A stretch of DNA of 64,000 bases from Coprothermobacterota bacterium. Its GTDB lineage: Bacteria; Coprothermobacterota; Coprothermobacteria; Coprothermobacterales; Coprothermobacteraceae. The notes below the pieces were generated by a model, which did not search any database, was not told the DNA's origin, and was given only the letters and a program-made list of their open reading frames with translations. The translations under genes were made by a program, and so were the position numbers. The DNA is taken from positions 1-64,000 of the forward strand of contig JAZIGN010000003.1 of assembly GCA_036679065.1 (NCBI GenBank). The letters are read 5' to 3'. Numbering within the stretch: position 1 is the stretch's first letter; every line of letters starts with the position of its first letter. Of the stretch, positions 48,438 through 58,262 are shown in pieces.

Positions 48438-49450
48438 GGCAAGATCACCTGACGTTCTCCAGCCACCACTTCACCAATGATTTGTGCATTGAAATCACCA
48501 GAGCTGTTAATCTTGTTTACGCAGTCATTGGCACGCTCCTCGGGAACAATGAGAACCATGCCAATGCCCATGTTGAAAGTGCGATACATTTCCACCAGGT
48601 CCACATTGCCCAGTTGTTGAATGAGTTTGAAAATGGGTGGCACAAACCAAGCGTCTCCATGCAGTTTCACAGCGGTGCCCTCTGGTAGAACTCGAGGCAG
48701 GTTCTCAAGAAGCCCTCCACCGGTTATGTGAGCAGCAGCCTTTATGGGCAAACCCTCAAGCTGCTCGAATGCGCGCACATAGATAAGCGTGGGTGTTAGA
48801 AGTTCCTCTCCCAAGGTTTTACCCAGCTCCGGCAGCTCGTCGCTAACATTGTAATGATGTTGCTCAAAGAGTATTTTTCTTACAAGGGAATATCCGTTGC
48901 TGTGAAGCCCCGAAGAAGCCAAACCGATTACGGCATCTCCCACAGAAACCGTTTCAGGGTTAAAAAGCTCGTCTTTTTCCGCAACCCCTACGCAAAAACC
49001 GGCCAAGTCGTACTCACCCTCTGGGTAAAAAGATGGCATCTCAGCAGTTTCACCACCCACTAAGGCACACTTGGCCATGGTGCAGCCCTGCGCAATGCCT
49101 TTTATCACATCCACTCCTATGTTTTCATCCAACTTACCGCAGGCAAAGTAATCCAAGAAAAACAGAGGCTTCGCTCCCGTGGTGATGACATCGTTTACAC
49201 ACATGGCAACCAAATCGATGCCCACTGTATCGTGCTTGTTCATCATGAATGCGATTTTCAGCTTGGTACCCACACCATCAGTGCCAGAGACCAAAACAGG
49301 ATTCTTGTAACCTTTTAGCTCCACCAAGGAAGCGAAGGGGCCAATGCCTTCCAAAACAAAATCGGTGAGTGTGGCTTGTGCCAGCGGTTTTATTTTCTCA
49401 ATGAAAAAATCCGCTTTGGAAATGTTTACTCCCGCATCCTCGTATTTCAT
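48434..49450 (-). CDS. purM: AIR synthetase
   Basis: TDGVGTK, GGETAEMP, SSGLHSNG, HITGGG, TFNMGIG. Confidence 0.97.
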   Translation of the reverse strand: MKYEDAGVNISKADFFIEKIKPLAQATLTDFVLEGIGPFASLVELKGYKNPVLVSGTDGVGTKLKIAFMMNKHDTVGIDLVAMCVNDVITTGAKPLFFLDYFACGKLDENIGVDVIKGIAQGCTMAKCALVGGETAEMPSFYPEGEYDLAGFCVGVAEKDELFNPETVSVGDAVIGLASSGLHSNGYSLVRKILFEQHHYNVSDELPELGKTLGEELLTPTLIYVRAFEQLEGLPIKAAAHITGGGLLENLPRVLPEGTAVKLHGDAWFVPPIFKLIQQLGNVDLVEMYRTFNMGIGMVLIVPEERANDCVNKINSSGDFNAQIIGEVVAGERQVILP

Positions 49451-49463
49451 TACTTATTCACCT

Positions 49464-50855
49464 TCACTTTTTCTCAAAAAGGTACTTGTTGCCCTCTTTG
49501 GGTACATCCATGGGGTAATTGCCGTTCAAGCAGCCTGTACACAAACTGCACATCCCAACACTCTTTATCAAACCTTCCAAACTTAAAAAATGCAAACTGT
49601 CAGCATCAACCAGTTTTCTCACTTCTTCAGGCGACATTTGAGCGGAAATGAGTTGCTTACGCGTGGGCATATCGATGCCGAAATAACATGGCATGATTAT
49701 GGGCGGAGAACTAATCCGCAGGTGCACTTCTTTGGCTCCAGCTTCTTTGAGCAGCCTGACCAAACGCCTCATGGTAGTTCCTCGGACAATGGAGTCATCA
49801 ACCAAGACAACGCTCTTGCCCTTCACAAGCTCCTTTAGCACATTCAGTTTGACCCTGAGACTGGCCTCTCTCATGCTTTGCTCAGGCGCTATGAAGGTAC
49901 GTCCCACGTATTTGTTCTTTATGAGACCGTCCACACTGGGTATGCCGGACTCGACTGCGTACCCACGAGCAGCGGAATTTCCGGAATCTGGTACAGGCAC
50001 GACCCAGTGAGCGTCCACAGGTGCTTCTTTAGCAAGTTGCCTGCCCATCTCCATGCGGGCGAGGTAAACACTTGCGCCATCAATCACACTGTCGGGGCGT
50101 GCAAAGTAAATGTATTCAAACACGCAGTGCATGGGATTAACGGCTTCAGACTCAGCCTTAACCGACCTCAGTTGAGAGCTGTCCACACCATCAATGAGGA
50201 CAATCTCGCCGGGTTCGATGTCCCTGACAAGCTGAGCATTGACCACGTCCAAAGCACAAGATTCCGAGGAAAGGAAATAACCTACTTCGTTCTTGCCCAA
50301 ACAAAGTGGCCTTATGCCGTTTGGGTCTCTGACCCCGGCAAGCGTGTTGTCAAAAAGCACCAGCAGTGCATAGGAACCCTTTATGGACTTCATCACCTCA
50401 AGAAGCGCGTTTTCAAAACCTTTGTGGAGGTTTTTTGCCATGAGGTGCATGATGATTTCTGTATCCGAAGTGGTCTGGAAAATTCGGCCTTCCTTTTCCA
50501 GAGAATCTCTGAGCTGCTGTGCATTTATGAGATTCCCGTTATGAGCCACAGCAATGGAATGACCGCGTAAATGAGCCACCAGCGGTTGAGCATTGAATAA
50601 ACTTGGTGCTCCTGTGGTGGAATAGCGCACATGGCCAATACCCGCGTTGCCTTTGAGTGACTTTACCTTGATTCGGTCAAAAACTTCGCTTACCAGACCC
50701 ATGCCCTTTTGCACATGGGTTTCGCTACCGTCATAGACGGCAATACCGGCACTTTCTTCACCGCGATGCTGCAGCGACTGAAGACCGTAGTAGATGTACA
50801 CTGAAGCTTCGGGGTTATCCAAAACAACCCCAAAAACGCCGCAATCTTCTTTCAT
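49464..50855 (-). CDS. purF: Amidophosphoribosyltransferase
   Basis: Short propeptide MKED then catalytic CG; LQHRG, GHVRYST, VDDSIVRGTT, C-terminal CTGC. Confidence 0.96.
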   Translation of the reverse strand: MKEDCGVFGVVLDNPEASVYIYYGLQSLQHRGEESAGIAVYDGSETHVQKGMGLVSEVFDRIKVKSLKGNAGIGHVRYSTTGAPSLFNAQPLVAHLRGHSIAVAHNGNLINAQQLRDSLEKEGRIFQTTSDTEIIMHLMAKNLHKGFENALLEVMKSIKGSYALLVLFDNTLAGVRDPNGIRPLCLGKNEVGYFLSSESCALDVVNAQLVRDIEPGEIVLIDGVDSSQLRSVKAESEAVNPMHCVFEYIYFARPDSVIDGASVYLARMEMGRQLAKEAPVDAHWVVPVPDSGNSAARGYAVESGIPSVDGLIKNKYVGRTFIAPEQSMREASLRVKLNVLKELVKGKSVVLVDDSIVRGTTMRRLVRLLKEAGAKEVHLRISSPPIIMPCYFGIDMPTRKQLISAQMSPEEVRKLVDADSLHFLSLEGLIKSVGMCSLCTGCLNGNYPMDVPKEGNKYLFEKK

Positions 50856-53074
50856 CAGATGCCCTTCATAGCCCATTCCAATCCCCGCCAGTAATGCTCC
50901 GCGCACTGAATCAGGGGCACATCAGCAACTTCTTCTCCATTCACCCTGATAAGCAAACTTTCCCCGCCCACGTTGCCTAAAACCGCAGCGGGTACCTCAT
51001 AATCTTGGGCAAGCTTTAAGACCGCTTCCAAGTTCTGTGGGCTCAGTGAAACCACTGCCCGGGCTTGGGATTCCGAGAAAAGAGCAGCATCAGGCCTCAA
51101 AGAAGTGGTTAGATCCACCTCAACGCCTCTTTCACCGCAAAGTGCACATTCTGCCAATGCAACAGCCAAACCACCCTCAGAAATATCATGAGCAGATTTG
51201 AGTAGCCCTTCCCAGATGAGCTTACGCACCAGTTCCTGCAGTGCTTTTTCCTTTTCCAGATCCACAACGGGAGGCTTTCCTTTTACCAGACCGTATTGAA
51301 CTTGTAGGTATTCACTACCACCAAGCTCCCCTTTATCTTCACCCAGCACGAGAACCACATCACCATCGTCTTTAAGGCCCATGGTGCACACCCTGGAAAC
51401 GTCCGGGATCAGTCCTGCACAGCCGATCACCGGCGTGGGGAAAATGGGGCCCAGCTCAGTTTCGTTGTACAGGCTCACATTCCCACTAACCACTGGTATG
51501 TTCAAGACTTGGCAGGCATCTCTGATGCCTTCTATGCAGCGCTGCATTTGCCAGTAAACTGCAGGATCCTCAGGATTGCCGAAATTCAAACAATCTGTTA
51601 TGCCAATGGGCTCAGCACCCACCATGCTCAAGTTCCTTGCCGCTTCTACCACAGCAGCCTTAGCACCCTCGTAGGGATCCAAAAAGCAGTAGGTGGCATT
51701 GCAGTCAGTGGTAAACGCCAGCGCTTGGTGTTTACCTTTTATGCGAACCACTGCAGCGTCCGAGCCTGGTCTGACAACGGTGTCAGTTCTCACCATGTGG
51801 TCATACTGCTCAAATACCCATGCTTTGGAAGCAACGTTGGGCGATGCTAAAAGTTCCAAGAGAGTACATTCCAGATCAGCAGGTGGCTGCAAAGCTGTCA
51901 AATCGAGCTCTTGGAGTTCTTCCAGACCCTCAGAGGGTTTTCCTTCACGAACATACTGTGGAGCGCCATCTGCCAGAAGCTTTGCGGGTACTTCAACTAC
52001 CACGGTGCCCTGGTGCTTTACACGAAGCATGCCGTCGTCGGTCACATGACCCATGACGCTGGCATGTAGTCCCCATTTCTCCATGATTTGCTTTATGTGA
52101 TCTTCTTTACCTTTTTCCACGACTAAGAGCATGCGTTCCTGGGATTCAGAGATGAGAATCTCATGAGCAGCCATGCCCTCAGCCCTTAGCGGGACACGGT
52201 CCAAATCAAGCTCCATGCCCACGCCACCACGAGCAGCCATTTCAGAGGCGGAGGAAGTTATGCCAGCAGCTCCCATGTCCTGCACAGCCACCACAAAGCC
52301 TGTCTCATAAGCTTCCAAGCAAGCCTCGATGAGTAGTTTCTCCATGAATGGGTCACCAACTTGCACTGAAGGCAGCTTCTCCTCGGCGTCTTCCCCAAGT
52401 TCCTGCGAAGCGAAGCTGGCTCCTCCAATGCCATCTCTGCCTGTGGTGGCACCCACAATGAGCACTGGATTGCCAACACCACTGGCTTTCCCTGTCTGCA
52501 TCTTGCCCCGCTCCACAATGCCAGCACAAAGTGCATTCACCAGCGGGCTTTTCTGGTAGCAATCCTGGAAGTAAATTTCGCCACCCACGGTGGGCACCCC
52601 AATGCAGTTGCCATAGTCACTGATACCAGCCACTACTTGTTCGAACAAGTAGTTAGTTCTGCCATCACCCAAAAGGCCAAAGCGAAGTGAATCCATGAGC
52701 ACCATGGGACGCGCACCCATGGCAAAGATGTCCCTGACGATGCCACCTACGCCCGTGGCAGCACCTTGATAAGGTTCTACCGCTGACGGATGGTTATGGC
52801 TTTCTATTTTCATCACCAGAGCCAAACCATCTCCGATGTCCAGTACGCCTGCGTTCTCACCAGGTCCTTGAACCACGCGTGATCCTTTGCTGGGCAGCAT
52901 TTTTAGTAGTGGCTTGGAGTTTTTGTAAGCACAGTGCTCAGACCACATCACACTGAACATGGCAAGTTCTGTGAAATTTGGTTCTCTACCCAGCCCAGCG
53001 ACTATTTCTTGATATTCGGAATCAGTTAACCCCAAGGTTCTCCAAAGTGACGCTGTGTTGTTGTTATTTTCCAT
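50855..53074 (-). CDS. purL: FGAM synthase subunit PurL (small type)
   Basis: [37 protein letters not shown]. Confidence 0.97.
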   Translation of the reverse strand: MENNNNTASLWRTLGLTDSEYQEIVAGLGREPNFTELAMFSVMWSEHCAYKNSKPLLKMLPSKGSRVVQGPGENAGVLDIGDGLALVMKIESHNHPSAVEPYQGAATGVGGIVRDIFAMGARPMVLMDSLRFGLLGDGRTNYLFEQVVAGISDYGNCIGVPTVGGEIYFQDCYQKSPLVNALCAGIVERGKMQTGKASGVGNPVLIVGATTGRDGIGGASFASQELGEDAEEKLPSVQVGDPFMEKLLIEACLEAYETGFVVAVQDMGAAGITSSASEMAARGGVGMELDLDRVPLRAEGMAAHEILISESQERMLLVVEKGKEDHIKQIMEKWGLHASVMGHVTDDGMLRVKHQGTVVVEVPAKLLADGAPQYVREGKPSEGLEELQELDLTALQPPADLECTLLELLASPNVASKAWVFEQYDHMVRTDTVVRPGSDAAVVRIKGKHQALAFTTDCNATYCFLDPYEGAKAAVVEAARNLSMVGAEPIGITDCLNFGNPEDPAVYWQMQRCIEGIRDACQVLNIPVVSGNVSLYNETELGPIFPTPVIGCAGLIPDVSRVCTMGLKDDGDVVLVLGEDKGELGGSEYLQVQYGLVKGKPPVVDLEKEKALQELVRKLIWEGLLKSAHDISEGGLAVALAECALCGERGVEVDLTTSLRPDAALFSESQARAVVSLSPQNLEAVLKLAQDYEVPAAVLGNVGGESLLIRVNGEEVADVPLIQCAEHYWRGLEWAMKGI

Positions 53075-53080
53075 GGTTTT

Positions 53081-53758
53081 TCAAAACCCACCTTTCAGTA
53101 GGTGATCCAGCACAGAACCCAGAATGTACACACCATCTGAGCTTCCCAGCAGTGGATCACAAGCACGTTCCGGATGGGGCATCATGCCCACCACGTTGCC
53201 CTGCCTGTTTGTCACAGCGGCAATGCGGTCCACGGAGCCGTTCACATCTTCTGTGTAACGCAGAAGAATTTGTCCATTTTCCTTTAGCTGCTGCAGAGTG
53301 TCCTCATCAACGTAGTAATTACCGTCTTTATGAGCCACGGGCAATTTAATGGTTTGACCCACCTTAAGGCGGGACGTGAAAGGTGTATGGGTGTTTTCCA
53401 CCTGCACATCCACGTATTTGCAAATGAACTTCAAATTCTTATTGCGCATGAGCGCACCTGGAAGCAAGGCCAGTTCTGTGAGCACTTGGAAACCATTGCA
53501 AATGCCCACCACCAGTTTGCCTTTCTCAGCTTCCTTAACTAGGGCGTCCACAGCCGGTGAAAAACGAGCCAAAGCGCCAGGTCGTAAGTAATCCCCGTAG
53601 GAAAAACCACCTGGAATCATGAGCACATCGTATTTGTCCAAGTCCCTCTCTTCGTGCCATACGTACCGAGCATCTTGGTTCAAGTAATCCCTAACCGCAT
53701 AAAAGCAGTCTGAATCGCAATTAGAGCCAGGAAGAACAATAATCCCAAAGGTCTTCAT
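53081..53758 (-). CDS. purQ: FGAM synthase glutaminase subunit
   Basis: PGSNCD, GGFSYGDYLR, GICNGFQ, MMPHPER. Confidence 0.97.
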   Translation of the reverse strand: MKTFGIIVLPGSNCDSDCFYAVRDYLNQDARYVWHEERDLDKYDVLMIPGGFSYGDYLRPGALARFSPAVDALVKEAEKGKLVVGICNGFQVLTELALLPGALMRNKNLKFICKYVDVQVENTHTPFTSRLKVGQTIKLPVAHKDGNYYVDEDTLQQLKENGQILLRYTEDVNGSVDRIAAVTNRQGNVVGMMPHPERACDPLLGSSDGVYILGSVLDHLLKGGF

Positions 53759-53763
53759 AGCTC

Positions 53764-54015
53764 TTAGCCCTCAACGATCTCGAAGGAGAAATCTTCAATG
53801 ACAGGGTTGGTTAGCACTTTCTTGCAAATCTCTTCCACGCTGTTTTTCAATTCTTCTGAATTAGTGCTGTCCTCCAAGGTAAGTACGATGTACTTGCCCA
53901 CTCTGACGTCGCTTACATTTTCGTATCCCAAAGTGTGTAATGCATTTTTCACGGCTTGCCCCTGAGGATCTAGAATGCCCTTCTTCAAAGTCACATAAAC
54001 TTTTGCCTGCGCCAT
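53764..54015 (-). CDS. purS: FGAM synthase subunit PurS
   Basis: LDPQG...VRVGK...LTNPVIE. Confidence 0.95.
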   Translation of the reverse strand: MAQAKVYVTLKKGILDPQGQAVKNALHTLGYENVSDVRVGKYIVLTLEDSTNSEELKNSVEEICKKVLTNPVIEDFSFEIVEG

Positions 54016-54016
54016 G

Positions 54017-54727
54017 TCAAACACACCCCAATCGACGAGCTATTTCCAGATAAGCCTCTTCCACACCGCCCATATCACGTCTGAACCTGTCTTTGTCCAG
54101 CTTCTCCATGGTAGTGCTGTCCCAGAAACGGCAAGTGTCGGGTGAGATTTCATCTGCCAGGACAATGTGCCCCTCAGGTGTCTTGCCGAATTCAAGCTTA
54201 AAATCCACAAGAATGATGTTCTTCTCGAGCAGGAACTGCGAAAGAATCTGGTTAACCCTTAATGCCTGCTGAGTGAGTGTGTTTATTTCCTCCTCGGTAG
54301 CCAGCTTCATGGCTGAAATGTGGTAATTATTCACCATGGGGTCACCCAGTTCATCATTTTTGTAAGAGAATTCCACAACGGGCTGATCAAACTTTAGGCC
54401 CTCTTCCAGGCCCAGCCGTTTACTTATACTGCCAGCTGCATAGTTTCTCACGATGACTTCCAGTGGAATAATATCAACCTTTTTCACCAGCATTTCAGTT
54501 GGAGAAAGTAATTCAACAAAATGCGTTGGCACACCATTCTCCTCAAGAAGCTGAAAGAACACTGCAGACACTTTATTATTGATGGTTCCCTTGCCTTGTA
54601 TTATGCCTTTCTTTTTGCCATCAAATGCGGTAGCTTCATCCTTGTACTCAATGATGTAGTAACGCGGATCATCGGTTCTGTAAACCTTTTTCGCTTTACC
54701 CTCATAAAGAAGGTCCAACTTTTCCAT
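54017..54727 (-). CDS. purC: SAICAR synthetase
   Basis: YEGKAK, LVDFKLEFG, LADEISPDTCRFWD, DKDRFR. Confidence 0.97.
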   Translation of the reverse strand: MEKLDLLYEGKAKKVYRTDDPRYYIIEYKDEATAFDGKKKGIIQGKGTINNKVSAVFFQLLEENGVPTHFVELLSPTEMLVKKVDIIPLEVIVRNYAAGSISKRLGLEEGLKFDQPVVEFSYKNDELGDPMVNNYHISAMKLATEEEINTLTQQALRVNQILSQFLLEKNIILVDFKLEFGKTPEGHIVLADEISPDTCRFWDSTTMEKLDKDRFRRDMGGVEEAYLEIARRLGCV

Positions 54728-54749
54728 GCAAGCCTCCTTTCTCCTGCCT

Positions 54750-55235
54750 CTAACCTTTAAGCACATCTTCAGCCATATACTGACGGTATCCTCTCAGTAC
54801 TTCCTTTAAATCCGCATACTTTAAAGACAGTATGTGGCAAGCTAGAAGTGCGGCATTTTCTGCTTCGTTTATGCCTACCGTGGCCACTGGTACACCTTTT
54901 GGCATCTGTACCATGGACAAAAGCGAATCCAATCCACCCAGTGCCGAAGATTTTATGGGTAGTCCGATTACGGGAAGCAACGTGTAGGAAGCAATAACGC
55001 CAGGAAGATGAGCTGCTTTGCCTGCAGCGGCGATTATTACGTCGTACTCCTGATCAGCGTTGACAGCGAATTTCTGGGTTTCGAATGGTGTTCTGTGGGC
55101 AGAAAGCACTTTCAAGTCCCATGGAACTCTAAGCTGATCAAGAATGGCTGTGCACTTCTCAACAACGGGAATGTCAGACTTACTCCCTACCACAATGGCG
55201 ACTTTACCAATACCATCAATACTACTATTAGACAT
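54750..55235 (-). CDS. purE: N5-CAIR mutase
   Basis: GSKSD, SAHRTP, AAAGKAAHLPG, QMPKGVPVATV. Confidence 0.96.
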   Translation of the reverse strand: MSNSSIDGIGKVAIVVGSKSDIPVVEKCTAILDQLRVPWDLKVLSAHRTPFETQKFAVNADQEYDVIIAAAGKAAHLPGVIASYTLLPVIGLPIKSSALGGLDSLLSMVQMPKGVPVATVGINEAENAALLACHILSLKYADLKEVLRGYRQYMAEDVLKG

Positions 55236-55369
55236 GGTAATGACCTCCCAAAGCGGGGAAATGATGAAACATATAACACATTATATAACCAAACTGTGAT
55301 AAGCGAAACCCAGCGTTAGCACTTACTTCACTTCGACTGGTGCATAGAACTGCTTATAATGAATACATC

Positions 55370-56227
55370 ATGTCCAGAAAAAGCCAAGACACGCTGGGTT
55401 ACATTTACCTGATTGCTACCACCTTCTTTTGGGGTACCACGTTCGTTTTTTCTAAAGAAGTTCTGACTTATTTGGATCCGTTTTCCTATTTGTTCTGGCG
55501 ATATGTCATTGCCTTCTTACCACTGATTCCCTTTATCAGGTTAAGAAAAAAGGACATACTTGATGGATTCTGGTTAAGCATTACTAACGCCATCGCCCTC
55601 ATCACTCAGTTTGTCGCTCTAACCACCATAAATGCCTCCACAGCTGCCTTCATCGTAAGCTTGAGCATACCGCTCACACCGCTTTTAGAAATGTTGTGGC
55701 TTAGAAAGAGACAAAGCAGCACAGTAACCCTGGGGCAAATACTGTCCGTGGTGGGATTCTTGGCCTTGAGTTACGTACCTGGGGAAAGATTCTCCATATC
55801 CTTTGGGGCCTTTCTCATGCTCATCAGTGCCTTAGCATACACTGTGCAGTTCGTACTCATACCCAAACTACAAATTGAAAATCAGCTGAACACTTCAGCC
55901 TACATGATTGGATTCACTGCTATTTGGTCTTTACCCTTCACCAGGAGCTTCGTAGTACCTAAAGGAGCATGGGGCCCACTACTTTATTTGGCTTTGATTG
56001 CCACAACCTTGACCATTTGGCTGCAACTTCAAGGGCAGAAAAATGTCAGCGCCACCACAGCGGCGTACATATTTGCATTTGAACCCATATTTGCATATTT
56101 GTTCGCCCATCTAACAGTGGGAGAAAACCTCACCGCATTCGGTAATTTGGGGGCACTACTCATCTTTTTAAGTGCTCTGCTGGTCCAGTACGGTGAATAC
56201 CGAACCAGCAAAGCTACCAGCAGCTAA
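55370..56227 (+). CDS. DMT/EamA-family transporter
   Basis: About 10 TM segments in two EamA repeats (FFWGTTF..K; FEPIFA..F). Confidence 0.85.
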   Translation: MSRKSQDTLGYIYLIATTFFWGTTFVFSKEVLTYLDPFSYLFWRYVIAFLPLIPFIRLRKKDILDGFWLSITNAIALITQFVALTTINASTAAFIVSLSIPLTPLLEMLWLRKRQSSTVTLGQILSVVGFLALSYVPGERFSISFGAFLMLISALAYTVQFVLIPKLQIENQLNTSAYMIGFTAIWSLPFTRSFVVPKGAWGPLLYLALIATTLTIWLQLQGQKNVSATTAAYIFAFEPIFAYLFAHLTVGENLTAFGNLGALLIFLSALLVQYGEYRTSKATSS

Positions 56228-56328
56228 ACAAGTGGATAATTGTACAGTTCGTAGTAAGTGTCAGACACGGGGTCATACAACACCCTGCTTTCTTTCTTTT
56301 CCACCTTGCCGCTTTTCTTTTCTTTCAC
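56224..56328 (-). CDS. Putative 34-aa small protein
   Basis: SD GGGAGGTG, 6-nt spacer, GTG. MKEKKSGKVEKKESRVLYDPVSDTYYELYNYPLV*. Stop overlaps the convergent DMT stop. Confidence 0.55.
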   Translation of the reverse strand: MKEKKSGKVEKKESRVLYDPVSDTYYELYNYPLV

Positions 56329-56562
56329 CTTAAACACCTCCCGTACAAGTTGTTCAAAGTATGGTAATACAGCCAAGAGGCATAAGTATTTAAATCAGGT
56401 GTGTAAATTCGTCAAGCGTTGGTTAAGATGCTCGAAGAATTAAAAAGAGCCACTGGAAGACTTTTACGACTAATACGTCGTGTTTTTCCCCAGCGGCTCT
56501 ATTCTTGCAAAGTGGCCATTGATAAATGCACGTTAATTAGGTACTATCCCCATGCCAAAAGC

Positions 56563-58056
56563 CTATTTTGGAACAACCATGAGAGCGTTGCTTATCTTCC
56601 TGGTGGGTGTTGCCAAGAACTTGCCATTGGAATACAGGCTCGTGCTGGCACCACCATCAAGATTCATGGCGTTGTAGGCGCCTAAATCTTTCATGATATT
56701 TGCTAACTCCTCAATAGTGCACTTACTAACAGTGACCATGAGTAGTTCATTATTTTGTGTAATGCCCAGTGCACTTCTGGTAAGGGGTTGACCTGTGATT
56801 TTCGGAATATCGAGAAGCTCAGACGCTGGATCCAACGTTATTTCCCCATCGGTTATGAGGCGTGGACCAGCACTAAGAGCTCCCCAAATAACGCCCTCCT
56901 GCCACATGTCGGGATGTGAACTGTTACGCACATCATAAATGTCACGGTAATGAAGCTTTGTGCCCACTTCAAAACGGTCCTTGAAGCGCACCTCAGTACC
57001 TCCTAAGTGAATGATGTACCCATCAGGTGGTATGGGCATGTCAGTGCCAGTAACTTGCTCCACTACTTCGCCATTTCTCACTATGACATTGATGCCATCT
57101 ACGTTGAGTCTGGTAGTAACACCCCTGAGTGGCGTGAACACACGAATCGAGTTTTCTCCCCACATGGCACGGTTTATGGTGCCTATGTACCAGCCTTGGG
57201 TGTAGAGACGCTCCAGCTCAGGATTGGGAATGTAGGTATACTCACCCTGCAGCTTCATCTTCACATTGGCTATGTCGACCTGGTTGTCCTGAGTAAAAGC
57301 AAATGTGGTAGCGTATTTCTCCGGGGTACCCAGGTGTTCAATCCTACCGTTAACGACCAAGTTGGCAGCAGGTTCCATAGGCAAACTGGTATCTGCCACC
57401 TGGAAGAAGGTCCCGTTTATGGCAGCTAAGGGGTTTTTCCTCATCACCATGCTGTCAAAAGGCTCTAAGACACCGATTTGGTCTTGAGCGTTAACAATTT
57501 CCAGTTTTATGGTTGGGTCGTTTAGAAATACTTTGACCACGTTCACCGTTGCTGTACTGTTGCTTACAGCAACGGTGGTGGTGTAGGACTTAACACCTGT
57601 TTCGATGTAGACGGCCCTATTTTGCTCGTCCCATTCAACTTCCTTGCCCAAAGCCTCACTAACAAAGCGCAAAGGAACGTAAGTTCTGCTGTTGTAAATG
57701 AAAGGAGGCACATCCAAGACTTTAACTGCCCCGCTAACTCCAGCAAATTTAAACCCAATCTTCAAACTGATAAAGGTTGAGCCATTCCTAATGTTTACGA
57801 TCTGGTTTTCTGCGTCCCACTCAACTTGACCGCCAAAATACTCGGCGATGTAGCGAATAGGAACAAAAATACGGCCTTCCTTGTTCAGTGGCGGCGTGTC
57901 AAAAGCCAACTTTTGCCCACCGATGTAGATGGTAATGTCTTGCCCAACAATGCCGTTTTCACCGTAAACTGCCACTGACGACCAACTAACGGTTAGTAGC
58001 ATCACGGCAACAAGAAAAATGTTCACAAGCTTCAACAGAGGCTTGTTCTTCACCAA
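56563..58056 (-). CDS. Secreted protein: copper-amine-oxidase N-terminal (stalk) domain + phosphodiester glycosidase (NAGPA) domain
   Basis: Signal peptide; GRIFVPIRYIAE / RTYVPLRFVSEALG repeats; AAINGTFF, SAGPRL, RSALG, AMNLDGGAST. Confidence 0.87.
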   Translation of the reverse strand: MVKNKPLLKLVNIFLVAVMLLTVSWSSVAVYGENGIVGQDITIYIGGQKLAFDTPPLNKEGRIFVPIRYIAEYFGGQVEWDAENQIVNIRNGSTFISLKIGFKFAGVSGAVKVLDVPPFIYNSRTYVPLRFVSEALGKEVEWDEQNRAVYIETGVKSYTTTVAVSNSTATVNVVKVFLNDPTIKLEIVNAQDQIGVLEPFDSMVMRKNPLAAINGTFFQVADTSLPMEPAANLVVNGRIEHLGTPEKYATTFAFTQDNQVDIANVKMKLQGEYTYIPNPELERLYTQGWYIGTINRAMWGENSIRVFTPLRGVTTRLNVDGINVIVRNGEVVEQVTGTDMPIPPDGYIIHLGGTEVRFKDRFEVGTKLHYRDIYDVRNSSHPDMWQEGVIWGALSAGPRLITDGEITLDPASELLDIPKITGQPLTRSALGITQNNELLMVTVSKCTIEELANIMKDLGAYNAMNLDGGASTSLYSNGKFLATPTRKISNALMVVPK

Positions 58057-58262
58057 ATCACCTCCTCAAGGCGCTGGCTGTAGATGATCCCAAGCGGCCA
58101 GCGCAAATAATCCTTTAGACACATTGTACAAAGAAAACCAAGAAGTGAGATATTTTCTTAAGTTGTGTTTTACCTGAGGAAAAACGCAGTAGAATCAAGT
58201 ACTAACGATGGTTTCTTTAACAAAGACCCCTTTAACACGATGAAAAACGTTTAACACTGGTG

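Noticed and set aside
37005..50570. Long antisense ORFs (37005-37703, 42623-43249, 46555-47082, 49878-50570)
   Set aside because: Shadows of hsdR, hsdM, purH and purF with no recognisable motifs.
55236..55369. Purine or ZTP riboswitch upstream of purE
   Set aside because: The leader is short and AT-rich, and I see no aptamer consensus or terminator.
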